A stretch of DNA of 21,259 nt from an uncultured cyanobacterium. Its GTDB lineage: Bacteria; Cyanobacteriota; Cyanobacteriia; Cyanobacteriales; Microcystaceae. The notes under the pieces are model-generated. The model saw nothing but the letters and a program-made list of their open reading frames with translations, was not told the DNA's origin and did not search any database. The translations under genes and the position numbers were made by a program. The DNA lies in NCBI GenBank assembly GCA_963807635.1, contig CAWEDJ010000090.1, forward strand, positions 1-21,259, written 5' to 3'. Positions 19,480-21,259 of the stretch are shown one piece after another. Positions within the stretch are counted from its first letter, which is position 1, and the number at the start of each line of letters is the position of its first letter.

Positions 19480-20769
19480 ATGGATCTTCTAACGTTATTT
19501 ATCGGAGTCGCGATCGGGTTTGGTATTGGGGCTTGGGAACGTTTTCGCCTAAAAAATAGCCTCAGACCCCTGTTAACTGCCTTACCTGATACCTCAGACG
19601 TGGCCAACTCTCTCTCCTTAACTTCTTTGGTGCGGCGAGAAATTTTCCATTTGTCGGAACAGTGTCAACAAGCGGAGTCTGAATTAACTCTGTGGAAAAG
19701 TTTATTAGACCAAGCTCCCATCAGCTATCTCTGGGTAGATGGGGAAAATAATTTGGTGCAATGCAATCAAGTTTGTCGCGATTTATTGCAAATTGACCGA
19801 TGGCAGGAGGGACAACTCCGACTTTTATTAGAATTAGTGCGTTCCTACGAATTAGACCAGTTAATCGAGCAGACTCGTCTGGAGCAGGCAGGCCAAGTTA
19901 AAGAATGGAATTTTTATCCTTTTCCTGACCCAGAAGAAAGTCCTAATCAAAGTTTGACCACAAAATCTTTGATGCTCAGAGCCTATAGCACCATTCTTCC
20001 CCAGCAACAGGTGGTGGTTTTTTTAGAAAATTTACAACCGCTAGTGGATTTATCTGTGCAACGCGATCGCGCCTTTTCTGATCTGACCCATGAACTCCGC
20101 ACCCCTTTAACGGCAATTTCCCTCGTGGCTGAAACCCTCCATCAACGCCTACAGGGGACAGAACGGAAATGGGTTGAACAAATGCTTCAGGAAATCGATC
20201 GCCTCAAACATTTTGTCGAAAACTGGTTAGATTTAACCCAAATAAAAGAAAAATCTAGTCAGTTATTACAATGTGAATCTGTCAATCTTCAGGAATTAAT
20301 CTGCTCTAGTTGGCAACGTTTGGAACCTTTGGCCCAGGAAAAACAAGTTACCCTCGATTACCAATCAGAAGATAACAATCCTATTTTGATTAATGGCGAT
20401 CGCGATCGCTTAATGCAGGTATTTTTCAACTTATTTGATAATAGTTTGAAATATAGCCCCGCCCAGGGAATGGTTCACGTTATTGTTAAATCTTTTCAGG
20501 AACAAGCATTATTACAAATCAACATCATTGATCAGGGATCGGGTTTTAATTTGATCGATTTACCCCATCTTTTTGATCGGTTATATCGGGGTGATCTTTC
20601 TCGTACCCGTCAAGGTTTAACTCAAAGTCGTCAAGGTAGCGGTTTGGGTTTAGCGATCGCCAAGGAAATCATAGAACTTCATGGTGGCAGTATTCAAGCG
20701 GAAAATGATGCCCAAACAGGAGGAGCGTGTTTAACCTTGTGTTTGCCTTTAATCTCTGAAAATTCTTAA
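19480..20769 (+). CDS. sphS: Sensor histidine kinase, PhoR/SphS type
   Basis: N-terminal hydrophobic segment, PAS-like region with RLLLELVRSYELDQLIEQTR, H-box SDLTHELRTPLT, N-box NLFDNSLKYS, DQGSG, GSGLGLAIA. Confidence 0.87.
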   Translation: MDLLTLFIGVAIGFGIGAWERFRLKNSLRPLLTALPDTSDVANSLSLTSLVRREIFHLSEQCQQAESELTLWKSLLDQAPISYLWVDGENNLVQCNQVCRDLLQIDRWQEGQLRLLLELVRSYELDQLIEQTRLEQAGQVKEWNFYPFPDPEESPNQSLTTKSLMLRAYSTILPQQQVVVFLENLQPLVDLSVQRDRAFSDLTHELRTPLTAISLVAETLHQRLQGTERKWVEQMLQEIDRLKHFVENWLDLTQIKEKSSQLLQCESVNLQELICSSWQRLEPLAQEKQVTLDYQSEDNNPILINGDRDRLMQVFFNLFDNSLKYSPAQGMVHVIVKSFQEQALLQINIIDQGSGFNLIDLPHLFDRLYRGDLSRTRQGLTQSRQGSGLGLAIAKEIIELHGGSIQAENDAQTGGACLTLCLPLISENS

Positions 20770-20839
20770 CGTTAAAACATTTTAACTCAGTCCTTTTTTG
20801 GCAATGTTAAAATAGAAATCAACCATTGAGGAAAAGGGT

Positions 20840-21204
20840 ATGTTTACTAAAATTCTCAATTGTCTTATTTGCACTGGATTAATCAGTTTAAGCACGGTGA
20901 ATGCAGTTCAGGCGAAACCCTATTGTTTTTTCCAAATAGCAATCCAGGGGTTCATCGTAGTTTAATTATTCCGAATAACGGTCGTTATAATCGGCTTCCG
21001 TCCATCGTTACCCCAAGAACATCAACTTACAATCCCTACTATCCAAGCTATTACAACCCCTATTATCTACGTCCAGTTCATCCTAATCAAGAAATTATTA
21101 TTAACCGCAACAATAACAGAAATTACCAACAAAATCGCGGTTATTATGCCCCTTACGGCGATCCCGATCATCCCAGCTATCCATACTACCGAAAAAACCA
21201 TTAG
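20840..21204 (+). CDS. Hypothetical Tyr/Asn/Pro-rich protein with a probable signal peptide; needs one frameshift correction near 20913
   Basis: ATG at 20840 follows gagg...aaggg and gives MFTKILNCLICTGLISLSTVNAVQA. One added base joins it to ETLLFFPNSNPG...YPYYRKNH* of ORF 20860..21204. Confidence 0.6.
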
Positions 21205-21259
21205 ATTCTGATATTAGATCTGAGTGGCGATCACGTGTTTCAGGACGATCTTTAACATA

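Larger units (their letters stand above)
99..20660. repeat. Dispersed HIP1 octamers (GCGATCGC)
   Basis: About 23 copies counted by eye, e.g. 99, 1891, 3467, 9382, 11284, 11312, 17753, 20653. None seen between 3475 and 9381. Confidence 0.9.

Noticed and set aside
20765..20810. Pho box upstream of the YNP-rich gene (cttaacgt, gttaaaac, tttaactc)
   Set aside because: The units are not at an 11-bp period and the sequence is AT-rich background.
1..21259. CRISPR array, tRNA/rRNA, prophage or RiPP cluster
   Set aside because: No regularly spaced repeats, RNA-gene signatures or phage genes seen. The radical SAM gene is HpnJ and has no adjacent precursor peptide.

Overview
Chromosomal segment of a unicellular cyanobacterium: HIP1 GCGATCGC is abundant and the proteins look Synechocystis/Chroococcales-like. 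Most of the window is housekeeping: aroF (partial), PAM68, rpsO, the LysR regulator rbcR/ycf30, a YegS-type lipid kinase, DUF29, hpnJ, pheT, a SpkB-like Ser/Thr kinase with pentapeptide repeats, lpxA, fabZ, a creatininase-family protein, the phoB/phoR-type pair sphR-sphS, and a small Tyr/Asn/Pro-rich protein that is probably secreted. The one accessory block (about 3.7-7.8 kb) lacks HIP1. It holds an orphan class I SAM-methyltransferase-like gene cut at its 3' end by an IS5-family element. A 1526-bp DDE element (17-bp IRs, 9-bp target duplication) has inserted inside one terminal inverted repeat of that IS5. The other side of the IS5 abuts a 5'-truncated IS701-type transposase, so the IS5 marks a deletion or rearrangement junction. 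Many conserved genes (rpsO, pheT, fabZ, aroF, rbcR) carry indels, often at homopolymers, which are best explained as uncorrected sequencing errors. No CRISPR array, rRNA or tRNA was seen. I found no complete, clearly novel multi-gene system. The best leads are the nested IS architecture, the orphan methyltransferase-like gene and the secreted YNP-rich protein.
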